Part shown: positions 35,919 through 44,808 of the stretch, in pieces
How positions within the stretch are numbered: position 1 is the first letter of the stretch
Layout of the letters: each line of letters opens with the position of its first letter
Source of the DNA: a virus
IMG/VR virus record: IMGVR_UViG_3300045988_148900
Location: 32,001-96,000 of that record
DNA: 64,000 nt
Reading direction: 5' to 3' (one strand)
Position numbers and translations under genes: made by a program
Notes under the pieces: generated by a model
What the model was told of the DNA's origin: nothing
The model's input: only the letters and a program-made list of their open reading frames with translations
Databases searched by the model: none

Positions 35919-37913
35919 TCAGTCCGACGGCGCATCCATAGCATTCAAGATGTCCCAAACACCTCCTCGACGACGAGAACGCTGACTCATAGCAACAACA
36001 TCAGACGAGGTGAAAGACGAGCCTGTAGACGCTCGACCTGCAATCAAATCTCGCATCCGAGAGCTACCAACATCTGGAACATCCTCCGCATAACCAGAAA
36101 CCCGCGAAACGCCATGCCGACGATCGAAGGACATCCCCTCATAACCAAGACGCTTCATCATGCCCTCAATGCTCGTAGCACCACAAAGATTTATGCGACC
36201 ATCGTACAAGCTACTAAGGTCGCCATCCTGCGTACAAACCGTCTCCGACAAAAAGAAGGCACCAATGCAAGTCTGGAACTGGTCGTCTGTAGAACCATCG
36301 CGCTTAACAACACGATGCTTCGCAATATCATGAACAGCCTCACGAATCTCGGTATCCTGACGCTCCAAATACTGCATATGAATACGAGCATCGACAACCA
36401 TAGAAAGCCAAAGCAAATGCGGAATATCCGAACTATCCAAAGACATGCGAATATTCGGTAAATCCAGCCGCTCACAGACATTTTGTCGTAGCTGGGCGGA
36501 CTGGAATGCGTCGGAACTGAAAACAACGATATTTAGCCGATCTGCAAGCCAATAAAGCAAATCCTCAACCTTGGAAATCTTAAGCATCCCCGGAAACTGA
36601 GGAGGAACAAGATCCAAGTTGAAAACCTCCGAATGCTCAGCACGACCATCATCCATGAAACCGTCAAAGCGAACACAACACAACGACGCATGGTCGCCCG
36701 TCAAGGACAAGTCAAGGCACAAAGCATGCGGCCTATCCGTATCCACAAACTTACGCTCATCGAAAACAGAATTCAAAGGAACATCATCCTGATCCGAAAC
36801 AACAATGCTATCCTGAACCAAAGGACATGCCCGTCGAAGAGAATCAGAATAACAAGCCTTAACAGCGTCATAGTTCGTAATAAAACCTCCCTTAGACGCC
36901 GTAGACCGCCCACAATGGTTCTGAATAGCCAAGTAGATATTCTTCTTAAACTGAGGCTGCAAGTCAACTGGTACCTTCTCAAAGAACGACTGTGCCTTAG
37001 GACGCGGTAAACCAATAGAGCGAAGTAACGTATCCTTATGGGCCTTGCTCTGAACAACACAAGGTGACAACTGCTGATAACCACAGAAAACCTCGAACAT
37101 CTTCTTAGAATAGTTCTGGGGACAAATCTTATATTGAACAGCCGTGACAACTCGAGCATACGGATCATGCTCAAACTCCTCTATCTTCTGCTCTATAAAG
37201 GAAGACGCATAAGAAGCTGAGGAAATATAACAAGTAAACGAGATCAGCTTACCTCCTTCGCGAGTGAAACGTGAATGCATACGGTCCTCCAACTGCTGAG
37301 CCAAACGCTGAACCTCTGTATACTCGGACAACATACCATTGCCAACACCACTCCTAAAGTTTGCCTCGTCAAGAATAGCCCCAACAACATTCAAACCAAT
37401 AGCATGACTCTCTCCTGACGCAAACTCTATAGAAAAATTGTTGCCAAACTGGATAGACGACTGGATATCCTTCCGACGCGGAAAATGATTCTGAAACCAC
37501 GGAGCGTTATCTATCATCTGACGAAGCTGCTTAAAACCAGAACGCTCCGCGGCCTTCATCGAAACCGAAAAGTATAAAAAGTAAATAGGAGTGCCACGCA
37601 AAATGCCAAAGTAGCTATACAAGTCGCCCTGCATAAACCACCGATACAACCGATAGCAAACAATCATATTAGCGTAGCTCGACTTGCCCGATCCCAGAGA
37701 CCCAGTCAATATCAGCGAATTAACATCAGAACTCGTCCGCTTAGCCTCCTCTAACCAAAAAGGATAGACTCCCTCCAATGCCATATACTGAGGATCGGTA
37801 AGAAACGTGTAGAAATCTACAAGCTCATCCTCCCCGGCACCCAAGAAGTCCTTGACCGCAGAAACCACAGACCCTCCACTACGCTGCTTAAGTATATCGT
37901 CTATCCGACCCAT
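35919..37913 (-). CDS. terL: terminase large subunit
   Basis: 664 aa from ATG 37913. It has Walker A LTGSLGSGKSSYA and Walker B VVGAILDEANF, plus a C-terminal nuclease-sized domain. Confidence 0.8.
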   Translation of the reverse strand: MGRIDDILKQRSGGSVVSAVKDFLGAGEDELVDFYTFLTDPQYMALEGVYPFWLEEAKRTSSDVNSLILTGSLGSGKSSYANMIVCYRLYRWFMQGDLYSYFGILRGTPIYFLYFSVSMKAAERSGFKQLRQMIDNAPWFQNHFPRRKDIQSSIQFGNNFSIEFASGESHAIGLNVVGAILDEANFRSGVGNGMLSEYTEVQRLAQQLEDRMHSRFTREGGKLISFTCYISSASYASSFIEQKIEEFEHDPYARVVTAVQYKICPQNYSKKMFEVFCGYQQLSPCVVQSKAHKDTLLRSIGLPRPKAQSFFEKVPVDLQPQFKKNIYLAIQNHCGRSTASKGGFITNYDAVKACYSDSLRRACPLVQDSIVVSDQDDVPLNSVFDERKFVDTDRPHALCLDLSLTGDHASLCCVRFDGFMDDGRAEHSEVFNLDLVPPQFPGMLKISKVEDLLYWLADRLNIVVFSSDAFQSAQLRQNVCERLDLPNIRMSLDSSDIPHLLWLSMVVDARIHMQYLERQDTEIREAVHDIAKHRVVKRDGSTDDQFQTCIGAFFLSETVCTQDGDLSSLYDGRINLCGATSIEGMMKRLGYEGMSFDRRHGVSRVSGYAEDVPDVGSSRMRDLIAGRASTGSSFTSSDVVAMSQRSRRRGGVWDILNAMDAPSD

Positions 37914-38034
37914 ACATCTAAAGAAAAGCCCCAAAGGAGGAGGGCCTGCACTCCCTCACTCCCCGGAGCAATACACATCCATCAATCTAATCTACTATCT
38001 GGCGAAATCCTCGTGCAGAAGGACTATATAAAAA

Positions 38035-38560
38035 CTAAGAACGCAAGTCAGCCAAGAAGTCATTAAGACCCGATAAATGATCATACTCGTCCGCCTGAAT
38101 CTCCTTAACCAGCCGCTCCGTCGTGTAGTCACCCAAATCCCGAGACAAATCAATAATCCGCTGATAATGACGAATAGCGCACTCCTCGGACTCGATATTC
38201 TGCTCCAGTATAGGAACGAGCTCCGAAACATTCTCCGGCGTGTGATACTCACACTCAGCTGTCGACTGAATATTGGCAAAGTCGAAAATGTGCGTCGGAA
38301 CATACTGAAGCTCATTCATACGATTGAGAAGCTTCACAAAATGATCATCAAGCTCATCTTTAGCTGTAGCATTGAAAAACTCCTCGATATTGGCTCGCTC
38401 CTGACCCACAAGATAAGGAGAGACGACACGATAAGCGTAAAAAGCGAGAATTTCTTCTGCCGCTGCAATTTCGAGCTCATTGCAAATAGACAGACGAGAC
38501 TCGTCGGGCAAAATATCATCTAACGAGTCGGAAATATACGAAGCAAAATCCCTGACCATA
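38035..38560 (-). CDS. ferritin-like four-helix-bundle protein (alternative: small terminase by position)
   Basis: 175 aa from ATG 38560, or GTG 38589. The Glu/His pattern ..NELEIAAAEE.., ..KDELDDHF.., ..ESEECAIRHY.., ..EIQADEYDHL.. resembles bacterioferritin di-iron ligands, though helix B is ExxxH rather than ExxH. Confidence 0.4.
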
Positions 38561-38601
38561 TTATAAAAAGATATATCCGGTAAACCCACATTGAATTTAC
38601 T

Positions 38602-38615
38602 GGATATATAATTGA
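38602..38615 (-). promoter_or_regulatory. conserved phage box, variant GGATATATAATTGA
   Basis: In the spacer between 38630-39430 and the next gene. It lies 41 nt from ATG 38560 and 12 nt from GTG 38589. Confidence 0.5.
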
Positions 38616-38629
38616 TTGTCCCATGCAAG

Positions 38630-39430
38630 CTACAGGTCGGCAAACTCGTCGAAATCCGACACACCACTCGACGCAGGAGTAGAACTAACAGACTCCGCAA
38701 CACCCGGAATCGACGAATCGAAGCCATCAATAACAGGAGGTTCCGGTAGAGTAATACCAGCCGGAGCAGGCTCCAAATAATCAGCAGGCTCATCAGTAGC
38801 CTTAGGCTCAATAGCATCCTGACGAGGAGCAACCGTCTTGCCTTTAGGCTTACGAACCTTCTCATCCGGAACCGCAGTAGTCGACGTGCCTACAACATCG
38901 GCAGGCTGCACAGCCGAGAATTCATCATAAGAAACATGATCCTCCGAATCAGCGGAACCAGCAGGAGCGTCGAAGCCATTCTCCGAACCAAACTCACGCT
39001 CAATAATAGCTACGAAACGATCCTTCTCCTCACGAGTCTTGAGACTCGAGAAAAGAGCAAGCAACCGACGATCCTCAGGAGAGAACGTGTCCTCAGGGAA
39101 CAACGACTTGCCCTGAGCAATCTTAGCCTCCAACTTCACAACCTCAAGAACGCGCTTCATGAGAATGTCGTACTCAACAGAACACTCCACACGAGTAAGC
39201 GTAGGCAACTCCTCAACAAGAAGAGTGTTGTAACGCTCATCCAAAGCACGCATCAAAGACATGCTCTCCTCAGCCATACTATGCATCTTCTGCAACGCAG
39301 AACAAGCCATAGTAGAGACCCCAAGCTGAACCGCCCGAAGCGCAACTCCCTGAGCCTGCTCGGACTCCATACCAAGACGTACCAACTGCTCCAAGTTCAT
39401 AACAGGAGCCAAAGACTTATTATCCTCCAT
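38630..39430 (-). CDS. hypothetical protein with acidic C-terminal half
   Basis: 266 aa, ATG 39430. Confidence 0.5.
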   Translation of the reverse strand: MEDNKSLAPVMNLEQLVRLGMESEQAQGVALRAVQLGVSTMACSALQKMHSMAEESMSLMRALDERYNTLLVEELPTLTRVECSVEYDILMKRVLEVVKLEAKIAQGKSLFPEDTFSPEDRRLLALFSSLKTREEKDRFVAIIEREFGSENGFDAPAGSADSEDHVSYDEFSAVQPADVVGTSTTAVPDEKVRKPKGKTVAPRQDAIEPKATDEPADYLEPAPAGITLPEPPVIDGFDSSIPGVAESVSSTPASSGVSDFDEFADL

Positions 39431-39439
39431 GAAAAAAAA

Positions 39440-40000
39440 CTAAATATTATTGCAAAAATCTACCATCATATCCAAAACAGCCTCCGTAGCCTCCAACTCC
39501 GACTGTCGCTTATGAAGACCACGCTGGCAAAACACAAGCAACGACGGCACTAAACGCCGCGGAACATCAATACGTGAGAAACCAGCATCGCCAGAAAGAT
39601 AAGGAAGCAAATCGGAAAGCTCCGACGGTACAATCTCCGGAACCTTACCCTTCGACGGCGAAACAGACTCAAGCCTATCTTCACGGTTCAATCTACGTAA
39701 CAAATTGCCAGCCTCATTGCGAATCATCGTATAAAGATAATTATACGGTGACATCGACTTATCGAAACGATCGTGACGCTCCATAATAGTCATCAAAGCC
39801 TGACTACGCAAATCGTCAAAGTCCTGATAATACTTGCCAAAGTGAGTATTCAAAACAATACTGATAACCTTGTGAATCTCGTCAAGCTCCCGAGACGTAA
39901 CCTCAGAAACAGGATGAAGATAAAACTGAAGAAGTATCTTCTTATCTATCGCAACACGAGCGGTAGAAGAACTGACAAGTATCTCTGACGAATCACACAT
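39440..40000 (-). CDS. late-transcription sigma factor, T4 gp55-like (sigma-70 region 2 only)
   Basis: 186 aa. RFDKSMSPYNYLYTMIRNEAGNLLRRLNRE parallels my recollection of T4 gp55 ([32 protein letters not shown]) and generic sigma region 2. Confidence 0.55.
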   Translation of the reverse strand: MCDSSEILVSSSTARVAIDKKILLQFYLHPVSEVTSRELDEIHKVISIVLNTHFGKYYQDFDDLRSQALMTIMERHDRFDKSMSPYNYLYTMIRNEAGNLLRRLNREDRLESVSPSKGKVPEIVPSELSDLLPYLSGDAGFSRIDVPRRLVPSLLVFCQRGLHKRQSELEATEAVLDMMVDFCNNI

Positions 40001-40245
40001 GGCTGTAGTAACTTTTTAAGTAATCCAAAACTCGAAAACGTGTGGTCCTATCAGCTAAAGGCCACCAATAAACACACTTCAACTCCTCTTTATGAACATG
40101 AGGCTTACATCGGTAATCTACAGTAGTCCACGTGCGGGGCTTGAATGAACTCGTAAGATGCGGACGTGTAAACTCCTCTATGACATCGGACGTCTTTAAC
40201 AACGACGGCAACCAAAAAGGCCGTGTATCATCAAAAGATAAACAC
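39993..40245 (-). pseudogene. 3' fragment (83 codons) of a phage gene split by TnpB element B
   Basis: The frame continues from 41509-41675 once 40246-41508 (1263 = 3 x 421 nt) is removed. The track ORF 39993-40319 borrows an ATG and 25 codons from inside the element. Confidence 0.55.
40240..40245. repeat. putative 6-bp target-site duplication AAACAC (left copy)
   Basis: aaacac lies immediately outside the left TIR of element B. The same hexamer is at 41509-41514, outside the right TIR. Confidence 0.5.
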
Positions 40246-40335
40246 AGGTGATTATATACAATTCTACACTGCACATATTGGCGTTTCATCGACTTCGTAA
40301 CCTCCGTCTCCACGCCCATCGAACCGTCCCACCGA
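40246..40335 (-). ncRNA. candidate omega-RNA 3' scaffold / right-end block of element B
   Basis: 83 of 90 nt are identical to 29762-29851, although the two TnpB proteins differ at about 12% of residues. Confidence 0.3.
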
Positions 40336-41442
40336 CGGCAAAAACATCGCTAAACCCTCTCTCAAAATGTTGCTGGCGGCATTTAAGTCTCGGTCGTGGA
40401 CCGTACCACATTGTGGACACGCCCAAGTCCTATTGCCTAACGTAAGACCGTCGTTCTTGTAGCCGCAACACCCACAGGTCTTGCTACTCGGGAAGAAACG
40501 GTCGATCTTTAAAACCGTCTTACCCAACCAACGCGCCTTATATTCCAAGACACGAACGAACTCAAACCAACATACACTCTGGATGGATTTAGCTAATCTA
40601 TGGTTACCCATCATGCCCTTAACATTCAAGTCCTCGATAAAAATGGCTTGGTTCTCACCTAAAATACCGTTGACTGCATGATGGATAAAGTTATGAATTA
40701 AATTACGTTTCTTAGCATATAGTTTATTGATTTTTAATCTTATCTCCGCACGGCGACGACTGCCTTTCTGTCGTCTTGCTTCTATTTTCTGCAAGCGGGA
40801 TATCCGACGATCGATGACGTCCGCGAAACGCGGATTAGGTATCTTGCGACCGTCGGAGGTAACCACAAAGTCCTTCAAACCCAAGTCCAGCCCGACACAC
40901 TTGGACTGGCTTGTGATAGGCGTGGGTTTAAGCTCAGGAACACCCGTCTCGACAAGGCAACTCACCCAAAAGAGTCCGCAGCCGTCGCAACTTACCGTGA
41001 CGTTACGTAACTGACCCGCAAACCGACGATCCTGCTTATAGCGTACTAAACCAATCTTCGATAGTTTGATGTGACTACTTTCCTGATCGACACCACAATG
41101 GGTGGACGGAAAACGACATGATAGCTTGCTCCGATGCTTCGACTTAAACCTTGGAAAACCCTGATGCGTCCGGAAAAACATCCGGTAAGCACTATACATA
41201 TCTCGAACCGACTGAACCAAACAAACCGCAGGAACGTCATACAACCATGCGTACTCGGACTTCAGGCCCGTCATCAAGTTAATACATTCGAACTCCGACA
41301 AGGACGTCTTATCTGTCTTGTAAGCCTTAATCTTAATATCAAGCGTAGCATTATAAACAAACCGACAACAACCGAACGTCTGACGCAACATTGCCTGCTG
41401 CGTCTTGTTCGGATAAAGCCGATATTTATAAGCACGCTTCAT
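40264..41442 (-). CDS. tnpB: TnpB RNA-guided endonuclease (paralog of 29780-30958)
   Basis: 392 aa, the same length as copy A. The RuvC contexts VGLDLGLKDF, IFIEDLNVKGM and VHDRDLNAASNI are intact, as is the Zn ribbon CGCCGY...CPQCG. Confidence 0.9.
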   Translation of the reverse strand: MKRAYKYRLYPNKTQQAMLRQTFGCCRFVYNATLDIKIKAYKTDKTSLSEFECINLMTGLKSEYAWLYDVPAVCLVQSVRDMYSAYRMFFRTHQGFPRFKSKHRSKLSCRFPSTHCGVDQESSHIKLSKIGLVRYKQDRRFAGQLRNVTVSCDGCGLFWVSCLVETGVPELKPTPITSQSKCVGLDLGLKDFVVTSDGRKIPNPRFADVIDRRISRLQKIEARRQKGSRRRAEIRLKINKLYAKKRNLIHNFIHHAVNGILGENQAIFIEDLNVKGMMGNHRLAKSIQSVCWFEFVRVLEYKARWLGKTVLKIDRFFPSSKTCGCCGYKNDGLTLGNRTWACPQCGTVHDRDLNAASNILREGLAMFLPSVGRFDGRGDGGYEVDETPICAV

Positions 41443-41446
41443 ATCA

Positions 41447-41454
41447 CAAAGATA
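41447..41454 (-). promoter_or_regulatory. host-type -7 box TATCTTTG upstream of tnpB (B)
   Basis: Minus strand reads TATCTTTG-TGAT-ATG. Confidence 0.4.
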
Positions 41455-41508
41455 GTTATTTATTTACATCTATGCAAGACGGTAGTGTAAAATTGTATGT
41501 AATCACCT

Positions 41509-41675
41509 AAACACAAACCAATACGCTGATGCGTAGTGTAATAATGCTCCGCGCGACATATCCAACGACATATAATCCTCCGCCGCCAACTACCAACACC
41601 ACTCAGAATACTCCAAACTATCCTCTTCATCTCACCTATGACAACCTTAACTTTTGACTGTATAAATCCCTCCAA
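41509..41675 (-). pseudogene. 5' fragment (~55 codons) of the phage gene split by TnpB element B
   Basis: The frame opens at TTG 41675 (ATG at 41630) and runs straight into the element at 41508. It is in frame with 39993-40245 after excision. Confidence 0.5.
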
Positions 41676-41701
41676 AAACCAGTTTCCGAAGCACGACTCC
41701 T

Positions 41702-42724
41702 CTACCTATTTCCAGACCGCGTGCTCACAGTACGCTCTATTAACGACCTAAGCAAAACTTCAACACCTACCTCCGACCCCAAAGCCTGCTGAGCCAAAGG
41801 AGAAAAGAAGAACCCAAACAGAGTCTTACCCAAACCTGCCTTCTGAAGCCGAAACTCAACAGAACCCTCATCAGTAGTAGCGTAAATATTACGCAACAAC
41901 AAACCAACGGACATCCGAACATCTATAGTCGGATACAACAGCAACTCCGAAAGAAGAGACGACGGATCTGTACCCCCAGACTTCGAAAAGCAAGCAACAA
42001 TGAAATCACGGAACTTGAAGTAAGAACTATCCAAAGCACGCGGACCCGCAAGCTCATAGAACTGAAGAAGCTGAAGAGCATTACGCATATGACCCTCCGA
42101 CTTCATAGCCAAAATGTGAAGCTCGTCCGCAGACAACCGAGTACCACGACTCGCAGCGATCTTAGCAACATGAGCCTCAACCAACGGAAGAGGAATAGTA
42201 CTAATGTCGATATTCACACACCGAGACTTCAAAGTAGGCGAAATATCCTCCGTACCACAAAACATGAAAATAGTATTAGGAACACCCTCCTCAACCGTCT
42301 TCAAAAGAGCATCACTACTACTACGAGAAATGGCCTGAACCTCGTCCAAGACCACAACACGACGCCCTTCCGGCACTACCATAAGCTGCTCCTTAAGACG
42401 TCTAATCCCCTCAATATTGCCCACAACCGTACCATCAAGCTCCCAGTAAAGACTCGAGTTGGACGCAGAAGCCTCCTGACACCCAGCACACGCATTACAA
42501 ACGTCGTCCTTGTGCTTAAACTCCGTACAATTCATAGCTCTGCCAAAAATACGAGCTATGCTTGACTTCCCTGAACCGAAGCTTCCCTTCAAAAACAAGG
42601 CCCGGGCTGCAATCCCGTCAGCATGGGCTATACGCTTCAGAGTCGTAACAGCCAAATCCTGACCAACCATCTCGCCAAAGGTCTTCGGCCTATACAAATT
42701 AGCTAAATTCTGATCCTGCGCCAT
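41702..42724 (-). CDS. clamp-loader AAA+ ATPase, DnaX (gamma/tau)-like
   Basis: It has Walker A GSFGSGKSS, the zinc module CNACAGC, Walker B VVVLDEVQ, sensor-1 FMFCGTE and the SRC motif (TLKSRCVNI). Confidence 0.7.
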   Translation of the reverse strand: MAQDQNLANLYRPKTFGEMVGQDLAVTTLKRIAHADGIAARALFLKGSFGSGKSSIARIFGRAMNCTEFKHKDDVCNACAGCQEASASNSSLYWELDGTVVGNIEGIRRLKEQLMVVPEGRRVVVLDEVQAISRSSSDALLKTVEEGVPNTIFMFCGTEDISPTLKSRCVNIDISTIPLPLVEAHVAKIAASRGTRLSADELHILAMKSEGHMRNALQLLQFYELAGPRALDSSYFKFRDFIVACFSKSGGTDPSSLLSELLLYPTIDVRMSVGLLLRNIYATTDEGSVEFRLQKAGLGKTLFGFFFSPLAQQALGSEVGVEVLLRSLIERTVSTRSGNR

Positions 42725-42727
42725 AAA

Positions 42728-43060
42728 CTACTCCTCCGGCTTGAACAAAGAATAAAGAAGATCTGCGTCCAAGGAAACCCAGAAATCTATATCAGCATCA
42801 TGAAAAACCTCCGAGTGCGATATCCACTCGTCCGTGTCATGGTAAACAACTTCAACGATAAAACCACTCGTGAGAAAAGCTAAAACCGAAGACCCAACAC
42901 GAGGATGTTGATCAGAAGGCTTATAAGAACGCACATCCGGACCGAAAAGATTCTCAAGGACCGCTATAACGCCTCGCCGACACGAACCATAACTCAGAAG
43001 CCGATCCAACTCCGAAAGCCTCCGGGCTATCCCATCAACAAATGAATCAAGCTGCTTCAT
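42728..43060 (-). CDS. hypothetical protein
   Basis: 110 aa, ATG 43060, with a box variant 21 nt upstream. Confidence 0.5.
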   Translation of the reverse strand: MKQLDSFVDGIARRLSELDRLLSYGSCRRGVIAVLENLFGPDVRSYKPSDQHPRVGSSVLAFLTSGFIVEVVYHDTDEWISHSEVFHDADIDFWVSLDADLLYSLFKPEE

Positions 43061-43081
43061 TGCCTTAACCCAAAAAATATA

Positions 43082-43095
43082 GGAGTTATAATTGC
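43082..43095 (-). promoter_or_regulatory. conserved phage box, variant GGAGTTATAATTGC
   Basis: It overlaps the stop codon of the methyltransferase gene and lies 21 nt upstream of ATG 43060. Confidence 0.4.
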
Positions 43096-43862
43096 TACTC
43101 CCTACCTAAACACTTGAATAACTTCTCAATATGAGATACAGCTGCACCCTCCTTAGAGTACATAAGATTACGCTTCTCGTTGGACCAAATAAGCTCCCAA
43201 CGCCCCCAATCCGGCTCCGTATACTCTGAAAGATAAACATCACAATGATTATCGTCTACCTGGGAACAGGCCCAACGGTAAAAAGCAGCATGATCAAAAG
43301 CATTAGACTTCCCATCGCCTGTCTTGTATCCTGAAACGCTGCGGTAAGGAATATCATTGTAAACCATTGATTCTGAGGGTATTACGAGATCTCTGTAGTC
43401 TCCGCTGAACAACTTGACGTCACGCATGCCGCTATGATACTTCATGGTGAACTGACGATAGATAGATGCACGGTTCCGGTCCTGATACATCTTCCCTGCG
43501 TAGCCCTGAAAGTAAGTGGCCTTAAAGGAGCAGCAGAAGCCAACATAAGCTATAAACCAAGACTGATACTCGTCCTTATGAGCCCGGATGTAAAGGTAAT
43601 CCTCCTTAGAAACCTCCTCCGGAAAGGTGTCTGCAGGAAAGCACCACTCACAGGTGCGCTCATCGAAGTAAACCTTCTCCTGAAGGTATTTGAACATGTC
43701 AACAATGACATGATTATACTCATTGCCCCAACGAGGACCACTCATGGCGGTAACAACATTGAAACCACCACCAAAGGCATCCACAAATAACTGATCCGGC
43801 GAACGCCTACGAGACTCCAAGATTGGAATTATCTGCTCAAGGATGCCTCCCTTGCTACCCAT
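43095..43862 (-). CDS. DNA adenine methyltransferase, D12 (Dam-like) class
   Basis: It has N-terminal MGSKGGILEQIIP (the GxK motif), FVDAFGGGFNVV (FxGxG) and VYNDIPY (a DPPY-like motif IV). A GTG at 43871 is an alternative start. Confidence 0.65.
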   Translation of the reverse strand: MGSKGGILEQIIPILESRRRSPDQLFVDAFGGGFNVVTAMSGPRWGNEYNHVIVDMFKYLQEKVYFDERTCEWCFPADTFPEEVSKEDYLYIRAHKDEYQSWFIAYVGFCCSFKATYFQGYAGKMYQDRNRASIYRQFTMKYHSGMRDVKLFSGDYRDLVIPSESMVYNDIPYRSVSGYKTGDGKSNAFDHAAFYRWACSQVDDNHCDVYLSEYTEPDWGRWELIWSNEKRNLMYSKEGAAVSHIEKLFKCLGRE

Positions 43863-43894
43863 GTAAACCACTGTAAATCTGTGTTTTATAAAGT

Positions 43895-44494
43895 TTAACT
43901 GAACCTGAACTTCAAATTAGACAAAAACTGCTCCGTAAGATCATTAAAAGGCATGTCTGGAAACATTAACGTAACACGCTTCCCATAACTGCTGTAAAAC
44001 GACTGAACCTTAGAACCAGCACGAAGACCCGTGTTCGTCTCCTTGCCAAAGTCATTATCACAACAATAAGAAATATCATCAAACAAAGACAATACAATAT
44101 GAGTAGCTTTTCGATTGCCTGCCAAGGACGTAAAACCTAAGACATTACGATCCGGAAAACACAGCTTAGCAGACAGGTAATCAGAAACACCCTCAGTGAT
44201 AATAACAGAGCGATCCTGTAGATTTAATAACGAAAGACCTACAAGACCAAAATGATCTATAACCGTATCCTTAACCTTTGAACCAACGGAGCGCGTATAC
44301 CAAAAAGATACCCGCGCTCCAGATGGATTAGGAAGCCGCTCGATCACATCTACAGAAACACTCTCCGTAATAAGATTATTACGAACCTCAACACCTCCGC
44401 GAACCCCGCCCCACAACTCCAGCAACTGAAGCCACTGGTAGTTCTTAAGACGAAAGCCATCCGGAAGACGAATGTGATCAAGCGGCAAAAGCAT
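43895..44494 (-). CDS. Toprim-domain protein (primase-like)
   Basis: 199 aa. It has VIITEGVSDYLS (the conserved Glu) and CCDNDFGKETNTG (DxD). Confidence 0.45.
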   Translation of the reverse strand: MLLPLDHIRLPDGFRLKNYQWLQLLELWGGVRGGVEVRNNLITESVSVDVIERLPNPSGARVSFWYTRSVGSKVKDTVIDHFGLVGLSLLNLQDRSVIITEGVSDYLSAKLCFPDRNVLGFTSLAGNRKATHIVLSLFDDISYCCDNDFGKETNTGLRAGSKVQSFYSSYGKRVTLMFPDMPFNDLTEQFLSNLKFRFS

Positions 44495-44499
44495 GACAA

Positions 44500-44808
44500 C
44501 TACTCTGACGCCTCGCCCGAAACCCCAGCAGCCTCAGCAGACGGCGAAACAATAGGCTCCAAATAATAGAACCCGCCCCAACGACTCCGAATCTTGAATA
44601 CGTCGCCGACGAGATGCTGAACCTTATTCTTGATGACACGCAAATTGCGAATCTCGACCTCTAACTTCGTGCACAAGTCCGTAACACTCACACGATCCCC
44701 AACAGGAACCTCCGTCAAAAGACGCCAGAAAGAAGCCTGCATGTGAGTAAGATCAACACTTACACCATCCTTCAAAACTACACTCTCACGATCTACACTT
44801 CTTGCCAT
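44500..44808 (-). CDS. winged-helix DNA-binding protein, OmpR/PhoB C-terminal-like
   Basis: 102 aa. DLTHMQASFWRLL...IRNLRVIKNKVQHLVG..IRSRWGGFYYL follows the Trans_reg_C pattern (LT..E..lL...i..LR.Kl...i.tvrG.GY.l). Confidence 0.45.
   Translation of the reverse strand: MARSVDRESVVLKDGVSVDLTHMQASFWRLLTEVPVGDRVSVTDLCTKLEVEIRNLRVIKNKVQHLVGDVFKIRSRWGGFYYLEPIVSPSAEAAGVSGEASE

Larger units (their letters stand above)
40246..41508 (-). mobile_element. TnpB-only element B (1263 bp) with 28-bp terminal inverted repeats and flanking AAACAC duplication
   Basis: Its ends are 40246-40273 (aggtgattatatacaattctacactgca) and 41481-41508 (reverse complement aggtgattacatacaattttacactacc), matching at 24 of 28 positions. 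Homology to element A stops exactly at these ends. Confidence 0.75.

Noticed and set aside
39993-40319. The track ORFs 39993-40319 and 41460-41675 taken as two independent small genes
   Set aside because: Each runs across the boundary of TnpB element B, borrowing 25 and 16 codons of element sequence respectively. They are better explained as the two halves of one interrupted gene.
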